57,976 nt of DNA, filler included, from Sphacelaria rigidula (GCA_964200075.2; 9 parts of 9 records of this genome joined end to end with filler, not necessarily neighbours in it), one strand, 5' to 3'. Numbered from the whole stretch's first letter, positions 38,201-50,142 are shown. Notes: generated by a model not told the origin, from the sequence alone. Numbers and translations: made by a program.

Positions 38201-38605
38201 GCCAATGTTGTCGTCAACTTATCGGAACATGCGCGTATCGACCCCAAGGGGAGGATCAATCGTCTTCTGTGCGGGTGTAACCCATCGGCGGCGGAGAAAC
38301 ACCAGTGCAACGGCAACTGTAAATGCGCGAAGCTTGGGAAGAATTGCCATCCCATACTGTGTGGGTGCAGAGGGCGGTGCGATCCTGCTGTCGACGCGCG
38401 AAGCGTACCGATTGGCAAAGGGTTGCAGGTGGTGATGGCGAATGAGGTGGATCCCGGGGGTGATAGCAACGACGAAGCAGAGACGAGCTCGGATGACGAC
38501 TGCGAGTGCCGTAGCAGCACATCATCGGAGGAGTCATGTGGTCCGCACGGAGACACGGCCGAGGACATACTGGAATGGTACCTGGACCGGATGAACGATG
38601 TGTGA
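32270..38605 (+). mobile_element. Academ-superfamily (AcademX-type) DNA transposon gene: DDE transposase + XPG/FEN/XRN-like nuclease + Cys-rich finger. Exons <32270-33079, 33851-35279, 35904-38605; one in-frame TAG at 38078-38080
   Basis: Two GT-AG introns join four ORF-track ORFs in phase into about 1,646 codons, open at the 5' end. Transposase motifs: YNCD, LAGDGETF, WPGDFHIMF, YRRAHHQ, FRFWSRF, RTGN, FSRVALDERQEIANRGYK. Nuclease motifs: CYDR...PPIKAHEQ, GEGE, SVDTD, LMSGCDFLPCFHG, LVPPADALRFQA*RA...YW, GW. C-terminal CGC..C..CKC..C..CGC..C. Confidence 0.85.
36564..37246 (+). repeat. In-frame direct duplication (~300-bp copies, 384-bp period) encoding a Pro/Ala-rich insert
   Basis: AN.GMHIACRGAPP...QPPLGVCG occurs twice (36564-36862 and 36948-37246). 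Confidence 0.95.
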
Positions 38606-38720
38606 GAGAGTGGTCAACGCNNNNNNNNNNNNNNNNNNNNNNNNNNNNNNNNNNNNNNNNNNNNTTAATTAATTAANNNNNNNNNNNNNNNNNNNNNNNN
38701 NNNNNNNNNNNNNNNNNNNN

Positions 38721-39640
38721 ATTTCGGCGAGGAAGTCGTCGAGGATCTTCGACACACAGATCCTCGACGGCTTTCTCGCCGAAATGGATCCGGATCGTGC
38801 CCAGGGGAAGACAGGCTTGGTATTGCTCTCTGATTTCGAGACGCGTTTGATAGGTTAATTTGACAAGAGTGACCAAGCCAGCGCCATCCAGAGGTTGAGT
38901 TCTTTTGCTGTCGCATCGGATGTCCCCTTCGCGGATTAATTTGGTATTTAATCCGCGAAGGGGACATCCGATGCGACAGCGAAAGAACTCAGCCTCTGGA
39001 TGGCGCTGGCTTGGTCACTTTTGTCAAAATAACGTGTCAAACGCCTCTCCAGATCAGAGAGCAATACCGTTAATTCATCCGCGAAGAGGACATCCGATGC
39101 GATAGCAAAAGAACTCAGCCTCTGGATAGCGCTGGCTTGGTCACTTTTGTCGAAGTAGCCAATTAAACGCCTCTCGAAATCAGAGAGCAATACCGGGCCT
39201 GTCTTCCCCTGGGCACGATCCGGATCCATTTTGGCGAGGAAGCCGTCGAGGATCTTCGACACACAGATCCTCGACGGCTTTCTCGCCGAAATGGATCCGG
39301 ATCGTGCCCAGGGGAAGACAGGCTTGGTATTGCTCTCTGATTTCGAGAGGCGTGTGACACGTTATTTTGACAAAAGTGACCAAGCCAGCGCCATCCAGAG
39401 GCTGAGTTCTTTCGCTGTCGCGTCGGATATCCCCTTCGCGGATAAATCTAGTATTTAATCCGCGAAGGGGACATTCGATGCTACAGCAAAAGAACTCAGC
39501 CTCTTGATGGCGCTGGCTTGGTCACTTTTGTCAAAATAACGCATCAAACGCCTCTCCAGATCAGAGAGAAATACCGAGCCTGTCTTCCTCTGAGCACGAT
39601 CCGGATCCATTTCGGCGAGGAAGCCGTCGAGGATCTGTGT
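38721..39640. repeat. Fold-back mosaic: six full or partial copies of a ~185-bp segment in mixed orientation
   Basis: Copies at ~38721-38747, 38753-38939, 38948-39068, 39076-39255, 39261-39445 and 39455-39640. Hairpin junctions include CCCCTTCGCGGATTAA-tttggtat-TTAATCCGCGAAGGGG. Confidence 0.92.
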
Positions 39641-42621
39641 TATTAGAGAAGCAGCGATATCGGGAGTGCGACGGCTGATGGATCGCTGCAATGCTTTGTG
39701 CAATGGGGTCTGCCAGCCGTCTACCCAAGGGGGATCTTCAAAGCGTTGGACGCCAGCTGCATCCGCCATGTGAATGACATTGCAAACTGTACGGCGAATG
39801 GATGTGATGAGGGCAGAAGTAAACTGTCCTGAATCTTCATTATCCGCAGCAGGCATGCTTTTGATATGCCAAAGCTTTTTCACGTCCATCTCGATATACA
39901 GTCTCGGTATTGCAGCTACTCGAGCAGACTCGACTCCATCTGAAGCTGCTTTTTTAATAGGTTCGAAACATTCTTTGTCGGCCGCAGCGGTTGCTAAAGC
40001 GCGGGCTGCAGCAGAAGACAATGGACGGTCTGGTGTGTACGAATTAGATAAACCCAAAATGCGGCCCGAAACATCGGCCAAATTAGGTATCACTTGCCTG
40101 GGTGTCACCGATTCCGAGGGGGCCAGGTCTGTGAGAGACCGGTTCCAACCTGGCGCGGAAGATACGGAAGAATTGCCTCCTGTTTTCTTCCAAGTCGGGC
40201 CGCGGTTATTGTGGACCGGGCGGTTCGATCCGGAACCGCCAGAGGATCCTCCGCCGCCATGGCGGTGGCGTGGGCCTCCTCCATCGTTGTCGTCGTCATC
40301 CCGCCAGCGGTTCTTGTTATTGCCTCTGAAGTTGGCACTCGTGGGAGTCCAACCATCGTTATCCTCGGCGGCGGCGGCGGTGGTGGCGCCGAGATTCGAG
40401 GGGCAAGCGGCACGTAGTGCCGCAAAAAGGCCGATTACAGTGGCGACGGAACGGTGGTGAGCAGGGTGGTCGCCGATGGTCATTTGCAGGACAAGTCGGC
40501 CCAAGGTGAGGGACGGTACGCCCTGATCGGGGAAGAAGCCCCCCTGGTCCACGTAAAGACCAATAGCGTGGTGCAGGCGTTGTGACACCAAGTTCCAAGC
40601 TTGGCGGGAGCAGCGTAGGTGGTTGTTTCTGGTGAACGGGCCGGTAAATCGGCCGCGGAACGAGGAAGCCACGTTCGTTCGTGAGGCGCCAGTTGCAGGC
40701 CTGGCGTCGGGCCGGCATCGGCCGCCGAGCTAGCTGCACGAGGCGGGCATGTTGGGGCAGTCTTGGGGACGGCAGCAGCCGCAGCATACGACGTATTATC
40801 AGACTTACGTGGGATAACGTCGGTTGACGTGTGGGTCGTGGGCTGACGGGAAGAGCGACCACCGAGCGGGTTGCCGATGGACGGCGGAGAGGCCTGATGG
40901 TTTGTGAGGCGGGCCACCGACATGGCCGCTTCGTGGGCAGTCGTACGGACATGGTCCTCGAGGTCCTTCACGTGCTTCTGTGCCGCCAACGCAGCAGTGC
41001 GACCTTCCTCCAGGGCGCGTTGAGCCGCAGAGTTTGTTGTTTTGGCGCGTGAAGCCTGGCCCTGAAGGTCTCGATGCTTGTCCGCGTGTTTTTCGGCTAG
41101 GAGGCGTGCCGCAGCGGCGTCGGCCTCCTGTTGTTGCTCCAGTGCTTCTTTGGCCAGCGCTGGCGCTTGCGAAGCGTAACCTTTTATGAGCTCCAATTGT
41201 TCCGCATGGGGGCGGTTCCTGAACAGCCTCAAGAGAAAGCCAGTCGGGCAGGGTTCGTCGCCGAGCGGACGGAGATCCTCCACAGTCTGGGGCGGGGGCA
41301 CGGGGGCATCCGTGCCAGGACCGGTGGTCGGGCCACTATCGGCGTCTGTGTCGACGGCAGACGGGGCGGCAACGGTGGTCGGAGCCGGGGTGGTGAGAGC
41401 GGTGGCTTCAGGCACAGCGGCCGTGGCAGCGGCGGCAGTAGCGGCAGCGGTGGCGGCAGCAGCGGCGGTGGTTGCTCCCTTGGCAGCAGCGGCGGGGGTG
41501 ACTCCTTTGTTCTCCATTCTTGTCCTAGTCAGTTCTCGCTCAAGATCTGTCAGTTGTTGTCGAAGGGAGCGAATAACCGCAGCATCAGAGCGGGACGGGG
41601 GGTCGCGGTTATTGCGGGGTCGTCGGTTGTGCGACGAAGTACGGCCGGATCTCTCAATTGAGGATTCAATAGCCGGTGACATATCCGAAAATATATTTTG
41701 GATATCGTCTGCATGTACAGCATTATCATTGCGTAAATGGAGGCGGCGTTACGGATGTGGAGCAGGAGGGGTGCGCGCGGTTGCTTGATCGGTGTTCTCC
41801 GACCGCGAGTGAACGCGCGATAAACTTGTTATGTCCGCGAATCATCCTCGTGAGTACGGTCACGGTCGGCATTCACCGGGTGCTTCGGAGCGCGCGATGA
41901 ATTGAAACTGTGTCGTGGAACTACCGTCATATGTGCGACCATGAGCGACATTCTTCGGGCGTGTTAAAACGCGCGATAAATTCAAGCTGTGCTGGGGGAC
42001 AATCCCATCGTTGCATTGCATGTGGGTAGACGCCGCTTGGTCTTGGAGCGTGGCCCGGCATAAAGCCGTAAATGCGTCGATTAGAGCTGAGACTGGCGTG
42101 TGCGCCGACGCCGATGGAGTGCGATGCGTTTTCTGCAGGGTAGAATGCATGGCCGCGACTGCTGGTCCGACATCGGACTGCGCAGCAGGGCGCATAGGAC
42201 TGCCGAGAGTCCTGCGATGGGGGTCCGTAACGGAAGCAGCCCGCGTGACAAAATCTCTTGCTCCAGAAGCGATACGCTTCGTCGGGACTGAGTCGTTGCG
42301 AGAGTTGTCAACCGTCGTTCGACGGGGTGCCACGGTTGAAGCAACCGTTACAGGGTCATGCTGGGCACGTGTGTCCAGGGGCATCGACTCGGCTGGAGGC
42401 ACGACCCTGACTTCGGATTCCACATCGGAATTCGGAAGAACAGGCCGCAGCGAGGGGGGTGCTACGGAATCCATCGTTATGGGTTCACTGACATGTCTGT
42501 CAGGAGCCAATGATTCGGCCGGTGGCACAAGCCTCTTCTCTGAGTCCGAATCGGTACGTGAGAGAACAGGTCGCGGCGTCATAGTCTTGTCTTCAAGCCT
42601 CGAAGAACGGGCATCGCTCAA
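39455..42621 (-). mobile_element. Broken long ORF (pieces 42621-41860, 41682-40480, 40672-39455), probably retrotransposon Gag/ORF1-like
   Basis: Three same-strand ORFs that are adjacent or overlapping. They carry low-complexity P/A/T stretches, coiled-coil segments and a C-terminal helical region (LERRLMRYFDKSDQASAIKRLSSFAVASNVPFAD) reminiscent of retrotransposon Gag capsid. No pol was seen. Confidence 0.5.
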
Positions 42622-45030
42622 AGGTTGTTCTTCAGATCCCGAAGATCGAACAGCGCTCGCGTACGTGCGTCGAATACTTTAAGGTGACGTGACCCTCATG
42701 TCAAAAGATTTCGAACCGCCAGTGGTTTGACTTCGTGTTCGACGAAGCGATTAGTTTCCCAATCGAGGGGAAGAGCCAGCCTTATGTCTGTGCGACATGA
42801 TAGTCGTACGCAATTTGTGTGCTTAAAAGGTAGGAGCAATGTGCCTGGTCGTCGGGCTCTAATCAAAGGAGCGTGACACCAAGCAATGCTTAGTGCAACG
42901 GCAGATGCTTGCATCCGGAAATACGGGAAAATGAAGCCTGATCGCGCCTGGAGGGACCTTGGAATCCTGATGAACTCGAGTGTTGTTCTGCAAGGTAATT
43001 GCTTTATGTAACAACAATGTCGGAGGTCTGGTCCAATACAACCATTCAAGTTGTGGCGGTAATAGCTACCAACGGAAGCTTGGGGATGCGCACAGAGCAG
43101 ACGTACGGTGTCGAAAAATGCGCAAATCCAATTGTTTGTAGCAGCGTTGGTACCTGAAAGTAGTACAACTCACACGTGTTCCGGTGGCGGCGTCAAGGGC
43201 AGACTATAACTGTATTATTCCGGCACAAGCTGAGAAGCGACTGGCGGTGTTCGATAAAAAAATTAGATGAGCACCGAAGGGTCGTGCGGCGTAGGGCAGC
43301 ACAAAAGCTTCTACAAAGGTTGGGCTGGAGACCGTAAGATCGGGCTGCGCAGTGCAGCACGAAGGCTTGTTACACAACGAAGGTGGGGCAACGTACGTAT
43401 ATGAAACAAAGTTGAAGTCGTGCGCAGCAAGAGCAACGCGGAGGGCGTGTGCCGAAAAAGTGGTACACAGCCAAGGGACGCTGATTTCGAGTACCGTGTG
43501 CTCCACCTGAGCACGTAACGTAGGTCTGGGATGTTACAAGCGAGTAATATCGCGACGAAACTGTCTCTGAACAATTAATTATTCCTTTGGCCGAGAGGGG
43601 GTCAATGAGAAGAACTCCATAGTCCGTTGGACTGTGTATTATTAGTTACCACGGTGATGTACAGCGCTGCTCTACAGACGTGCGAAGTACACTAGAAGAG
43701 AACAACAACAACAAAGTAGCTACGAGTGACGTATACCGCGACGCAGCGAAGGTGCCAGAACGGGTACAAACCTCGTGTACAGATGTCCGTGGGCACCTGT
43801 TGGGGAAGCACGGGTTATGTCACCCAACGACCCGTGAACGAAAGATGCAACAGCCGTGTACAATCAATACTGAAATATGGAAGCGGCAGATGGCTGGCTT
43901 GGCCGAGACTCAAGTCAGAAACAGCAGGTGGCTGTGAGCGACGATGCACCCTGTGCGGCGCTGTTCTGTAACAAACCTGTAGTGGAAAAGTTGTCCTGTC
44001 AGAAAAGAGGGGGCAACAAGACCAAATACGCGAGCCAGGGATGGCTGGGCGTGTCACCGTGCTGTACTCAATCACCAGGGGGGGTTACATTTTGCAGGCG
44101 GCACGTACCACAGTGCAACGTGCAGGTGTATATGTCACAAAAATACACAAAACACACAGCAAGGCGAGGTTGGCGTGCGATGCGCGTTGACCCAACGTGG
44201 CATAAGGTGTGCAGTCAAGCGCTGCAGCAAGCACCAAGCAGCACGAGGCGCGAGTTACGAGTACTATCACGGTGCAGCACACAGGGGGGAACTCATACAG
44301 TACTTAAGGACCGACTATCAGGCTGGGTGCAACGAGATAGATTTGAGGCCGTGTCTTATCAAATTTTCTCCGACTCGAACGAGTTCGTGCGGCGGAATTG
44401 ATTAAGTTCGCTTTGCTAGGCTCGGGTTCGAGCGAATTTGCACGCTTTGAATCCAAAAGGCGAAGCAAAATTCGTGAAGCGGTACTTCTTTACTTATATT
44501 CAATAGAAAGTACAGTACAGACGGTACAGACTGTACAACAGTACAGTGGCGGCCTGTACTGTCCAGATGGCGTGTGTTTCGCGCAGCACGCGGGTGCGAT
44601 GTGGACAAGAAGCGAGCAACGCGACAAACAGCAGATTTGACAGACAGCACAGCTTTCTGACTCTCTGCATAGAAGAGGATCCAAAGCAGATTTGAACCGC
44701 GTGCAGTTTTTTCCCGCCTCTACTGTACAAGAGCGGGTTGGCAATTCGATCGCCCACCCCGACACGCAACTCCCTCGGTGGACCCTGTCACAGAATTAGA
44801 TGCCCAAGTTTTTGCCAATAAGAAGAAACACTTCATGCTAAAAGTGTGGTGGTATCGGTTTCCTATCACTGCTGCAGTATATATCCCTGGGCTGAGTTCG
44901 TGATCTATGCCGCGGGGTCGGGTACGTAGCTGCGAATGAACCATTGGGGTTTTGCGTGATTCTGTGAAAGGGTAGTATCTGGTATCTGGCACGGTTGACT
45001 GCAACATAGGTGCTTATTTACCTATATATA

Positions 45031-45072
45031 CTTCCTCTGTCCCATAAGTAAAGTCCGTTATGGGCTTTGAAT
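45031..45072 (+). mobile_element. Left TIR of a Stowaway-like MITE, cut by the contig end
   Basis: TA|CTTCCTCTGTCCCATAAGTAAAGTCCGTTATG, the same TIR as 45263-45872. Confidence 0.75.
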
Positions 45073-45262
45073 NNNNNNNNNNNNNNNNNNNNNNNNNNNN
45101 NNNNNNNNNNNNNNNNTTAATTAATTAANNNNNNNNNNNNNNNNNNNNNNNNNNNNNNNNNNNNNNNNNNNNATACATCTCTTGATCCTAGTGTCTAGAT
45201 GCGAGTCTCTGAGGACCACGTCCATCCTGACTATCTGTGTCTTACCCTTTTCTATTACTCTA

Positions 45263-45872
45263 CTTCCTCTGTCCAATAAATAAAGTCCGTTATGGGGGAT
45301 AGGCCGTACCTCACCAACGAAGGTGCTTACGATGTTATGGTTAGGTTCGTTGAAAACATACGGTTGTGGAGATAGGCACTGGAGAAAACAAAAACAAAAA
45401 AACGACCTGCAACCTCAAAATCGTTGGGTCAAACACGGGCAAATTTCTATCAAATTTCGACCAAATTTCGCCAACCTGTACATTGTCGCCCGAACTTCGA
45501 CGAATTTGGCTTGTTTTGAAGTAATTGAAGGCTGCAATGTAAACGACTGGTTTTGGACTAGGCGTAGCTCTCGTATGCCAGCGATGAATCGGAGAAAAAG
45601 AGCCAGTTATGCTTTTTTTCGCGATTTTTGCCGTTTTCCGGGTTTCCAGGGTTCTCTGTGTTATGGAAAAGGGGCGAAATATGGTCATTTTCGAGCCGAC
45701 TGATCGTTTATCGGCCATTCGCGCACGCTAGCTGCTGCGCAAACAGGGGAAAAAAAAAGAGACGCAATTCAACTAAAAAAAACATGAAGATTTCAAAAAT
45801 ACCGCCGATGGCATTGGACACGGTTAAGGGTCCGTGTGATCATAGCGGACTTTACTTATGGGACAGAGGAAG
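45263..45872. mobile_element. Tc1/mariner-type (Stowaway-like) MITE, 610 bp, ~32-bp TIRs, TA target duplication
   Basis: TA|CTTCCTCTGTCCAATAAATAAAGTCCGTTATG ... CATAGCGGACTTTACTTATGGGACAGAGGAAG|TA; no internal coding region. Confidence 0.88.
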
Positions 45873-45875
45873 TAT

Positions 45876-46150
45876 TCATGTGTGCATCCCAAGAACGGTG
45901 TTTTGATATCTCCACGCCAAGGTATGTATACTGGTCTGCGATCGGTAGGTCCTCTTTCCCCACTTCCACTTGAACTCCACCGGATTTTTCTCATCTTCGT
46001 CATAGACGAGCACCGCGCATTTGTTAACATTCGCTGTCACTCCCCATTTCCTAGTGTATTCTAGCGCCTTGTCTATCTGTGTCTGTAGTCCTTCTGGTGT
46101 CCCTCCCTGAAATCCCCACCAAATCATCCGCGAACATCAAACCTGATATC
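45876..46150 (-). mobile_element. LINE RT fragment of the same family as 19490-24745, with an uninterrupted FADD region
   Basis: The minus strand reads ATCAGGTTTGATGTTCGCGGATGATTTGGTGGGGATTTCAGG and then TPEGLQTQIDKALEYTRKWGVTANVNKC. Confidence 0.85.
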
Positions 46151-46469
46151 ACAGGGGGGGGGCAGGGGCTGTCGCGGCATCACTCTACGCACCTTCGCAA
46201 TGGTGTCGTGTCGTGATCGCGCAGGCGTGCTGACTAGTGTTGTACTCCACGTTCACTGTCTAACCTCGAGCGTATCCCCCAATCGGTCACCCAACCCTAT
46301 CGCTCTTCGCTCGTCCAGGTGCTTCCAGGCAGTCGTCCGTTGTCGCCCGGACCCCTCACCCACTACTTGAGGAATTCGCCCCGGTCACCCAAGGAGTTCG
46401 TCAAGGACACCCCACCAGTGAGTGATGCCGAGATAGCCCCTCCCACCCCCAAAGCAAAAAACAAGAAAC

Positions 46470-49130
46470 AAAAACAGCCCCGATACTGTCACGGAGAAAA
46501 TCGCCGTACAGGGCATGATAGCTGATTTCAGACTTCATGAGGCGCCTCATATAGGCGACGTTGGCGAAAGCGATCTCGAGCGGGGGAGTTTCCAGCTGCT
46601 CGATGTGCTCAACTTTTTGCCATTTTGATTTGGACATGCAGACTTGGCCTCCTTAGACCAGCTATGTTTCTTGGGGGGGGGAAAGGGGGGGTGTTGCTCA
46701 TTTTGTTGCTCGCCGTAGTCGTTTGACCATTGACCTCGCATGCCTTTTCGAGACGGAGCACCGTTCCTCTTCCTACTAGGGACACCTCCGACATATAGGT
46801 GCTCATTAATTTTCTTCCATGATGACGCAAAAACCTTTTACATATCTTATCCCCGTCCTGTTTCGCCGTCTGTGGCCACCATCCATATCCCAGTATACCC
46901 ATCACTTACAGTCTAATGCATCAAACGATTCCATGCCACCTTCGTTCACGTCCCGCATTTCCTCCTCTAGCACGTTCCGTTCCTCCTTGTATCTTGAGGC
47001 GTTTTTCCTCGTGTTTCTGGCAGGGAGGGGGATGGGGGGAGGCTATCGCGCACTCGGTCGACTCTCCTTATTTTTCTCCTGAAAACATGACGAGTTCTCG
47101 ACATGACTCTTATCGAGGGGACACATAGCCACATTTTTTTGTATTCGTGCCCCTAAAATCTTCACATCGGGAAACAATGGGAAGGGGGGGCGACATATGC
47201 TACCGTGCCATTTTCCACTATATTACAGCTGTACTGGCTCGTTACGCAGACGACATGAATATAAAGGTAAAAATATACTTCCTCTGTCCCATAGTAAATG
47301 TACCTAAATTTGTACGGGCCCGTAACGATGTCCGTTTCTTTTTTATGAACTCTACGGTGTTTTTTGGGTTAAGAAAATGCGTTTAAAATTTGCAGCTCGT
47401 GCTTGAACCATGCCGCCGAACGGCTGCAAAAAAAGTAGTCGGCCCAAACATGGCCGTTTTTTGCCCCTTTCCGAGGGGGAAAAAAAGTAAAGTTTTTTTT
47501 TTTTATCGCCCCCGCCTTCACTAGGGCTGCCAGTAAGTCCCACGCGATTGAAAAAACAAGAAAAAAAAAATCGACATTTTTTTTCCCCCCGTAAAGGGGC
47601 AAACAACGGCCATTTTTGGGCCGACTACTTATTTTGCAGCCATTCGGCGGCAGGGTTCAAGTACGAGCTGCAAATTTTAAACACATTTTCTTGACCCAAA
47701 AAACACCGTAGAGTTCATAAAAAAAAAAGATCGGACATCGTGAAGGGCCCGTACAAATTTTGGTACCTTTACTTTTTGACAGAGGAAGTATACATATATA
47801 TATATACATATGTGTGTCTGAGCACTGCCCGGCCGATATCCGACCTTCGTTACATCCGTATTTGGCTCAGAGACAAGTGTGAGAAGGCCCGTATTTTGCC
47901 CCCCGTCAGACGATGATGCCACAAATATGGGCGCTGCCTGGACTGTAACCAATCCGTATTGACCTGTAAAAAAGTGTGACAATACTGTACGTGTTTGTTT
48001 GCTGGGTACAAACAACTGTGAGAACTCAGTCGTTGTTTTTTCCCCGAGAGCATTGAGTGCACGGGGAGGGGGGAGGGGGGGGGGGCGCATCGGCCGACAA
48101 AGAAAGGTATCACTCGCCCCTTGCACCGTCTCGAAAGGGATGCGTGATCAATGTTCAAACGATTAAGGCAAGCAACAAATGAGTACGCCCCCCACACCTT
48201 CCCCTCTCCCTTGCGCTTGTGTGAATATTCCTTCTTACAGGTATCCGCCGCGCCCCGGTGGGGTAAATCAAAATGGTATAATTGACGCCGCAGGGTTTAA
48301 CCGTTTTGGGACCGTTGATGGAAAAGTGACGATTTACAATTGACGTTTTTTTGGGCAAGATACGGCTGTTTTTCTGCAACTGTCAATGATGCAGCTCACC
48401 GAAACGGTGCACCACTCTAAAATCCAAGTATATTTATGTGACAGATTCGTACACCGATCTCGAAGTGACGATTGTCCGGTGACGAAAGCTCGCATTTGGG
48501 AGTTAGTACTGTTTTTCGCGAGGGGCAAAAGGGCTAACGTGTGATCGGTTCCCGCCATATGCGTTTGGACTTTTGAAAAAAATATATCATCCCCGCTGTT
48601 TAAAGGGCGAGGGCGTGCGCTTTTGTTGTTCCCGCACATGAATTTCACATTAGCCCGATCTCTCGAACCCTTGGTCACAGGCGTAGATTCGTCTTGCCGA
48701 TACCGTCACGGCTGTTCCTCACAAGACATGAGAGTTCTCATCATTTATTCTGAGACTCTAGACTAAAATCAAAAGCAAACAAACGAACAGAGAATGTCGC
48801 AAAATAAGAATAAGAGGAGAGACGCACAACAAAACTGATGACAAAATGAGTATGGTCGCAACAATAGTTTTGATCGGAGTCTTTCTACGATACGTACCAG
48901 CCCCCCCCCAAAAAACAAAAAAACGAGCCCAAAACTGTCACGAAGAAGATGGTCATACAGCGCCTGATGTCTGGTTTCAGGCTGCATGAAGCGCCTCATA
49001 TGGGCGATATTGGCGGAAACAAACCCCAAGCACGGGAATTCTCAGCTTCTCGTTGTGCTCGACTTTTTATTTCAATTCACGTGAAGATTTTGCCTCCCCA
49101 AACCAGCTACTTTTTTTTCGGGGGGGGCTG
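46470..49130 (+). repeat. Dispersed ~200-bp repeat, copies at ~46470-46680 and ~48910-49130 (the range spans both copies)
   Basis: Shared ACTGTCACG.AGAA.AT...TACAG.GC.TGAT..CTG.TTTCAG.CT.CATGA.GCGCCTCATAT.GGCGA..TTGGCG.AA. Confidence 0.75.
47278..47788. mobile_element. Stowaway-like MITE, 511 bp, with ~200-bp TIRs (almost fully palindromic), TA target duplication
   Basis: TA|CTTCCTCTGTC...AAATTTGTACGGGCCC...TATGAACTCTAC...TTTGCAGCTCGT.CTTGAACC mirrored at 47590-47788, ending GACAGAGGAAG|TA. Confidence 0.92.
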
Positions 49131-49603
49131 TCGTAGAAAGTATCATCGGCTGAGTTTGTTTGCCGAGAGTCGCCGCGGTGTGCGGCAGTTGGTCATGATG
49201 CAATCCGCGAGACCAGAGTGCAAGGCGTGTAGCGGGAAGGGATGACTTGATACCTTAAGGCCACCGACTCGTCCCGAGGAAATGGAGGGGTTAAATAAAT
49301 GTGATTGGTTCCATATGGATTTCAGTATGGACGCTATATCTGTTAGGTATAGGAATTACTAAACATTGGGTTTAATCAACGAGAAAATATTGGCCCAGAC
49401 TTTAGAGCAGATGGGCACCTTCCCCTTGACTAATACAATATGCGGATCATGGTCCAACTCGTCTGTGTCGATGAGATATCGCTTTGAAAGCTTAAATCCG
49501 TTTCTAGGCTGGCCCAGCTCGTACGCACACAGCGGAAAATACTCCACTTAAAATTACGACCCGTGCCGTTACACAATGCGAGCAACGATGACCGGTTCTC
49601 ATG

Positions 49604-50142
49604 TTCCTTGGCGGCGTAAGCCGCCTAACCACTTGTACATATATATATATTAATATATATATTCGTGTCAGAGCAAACTGTGTGCATGTTTTTGTCCTTG
49701 TGTGGCGCCGACAAGTTAGCATTCGCGAAACCAATTTCACCGCAACTTCATATTCCGATTGATTGATTGATTGATTGATTGTCGCACTTCAACTGACCCC
49801 CCATAAGGGGCTAGGCGGCTTACGCCGCCAAAGGTCCAGCAGCGGTCTCATGATCGTCGTACCCAAGAAAAACAAAACAAAAATCTGGGGGGTTAGTTAA
49901 AGTGCGACAATCAATCAATCAATCAATCTATCTATCAATCAAAAGATGAAGTTGCGGTGAAATTGGTTCCGCGAATGCTAACATGTCGTCGCCACACAAC
50001 GAGGAAAACATGCACACAGTTTGCTCAGAAACGGATATATATATACATATATATATGTATATATATACAAGGGGTTAGGCGGCTTACGCCGCCAAAGGTC
50101 CAGCAGTGGTCTCATGATCGTCGTACCCAAGAAAAACAAAAC
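49604..50142. repeat. ~200-bp inverted repeat (49604-49802 / 49887-50098) with (ATTG)n/(CAAT)n and (TA)n tracts. The spacer is directly repeated at 50071-50142
   Basis: TTGGCGGCGTAAGCCGCCTAACC...TGTCGCACTT.AACT.ACCCCC is mirrored on the right arm. GGCGGCTTACGCCGCCAAAGGTCCAGCAG.GGTCTCATGATCGTCGTACCCAAGAAAAACAAAAC occurs twice. Confidence 0.88.

Noticed and set aside
39774..42682. Long plus-strand ORFs 39774-40460, 41186-41788 and 42011-42682
   Set aside because: Antisense shadows of the GC-rich minus-strand ORFs.
42708..42726. CA-C-TGGCGGTTCGAA on the minus strand as a possible LTR end and primer-binding site upstream of the Gag-like ORF
   Set aside because: I cannot match it to a specific tRNA 3' end, and no second LTR is available in the contig.
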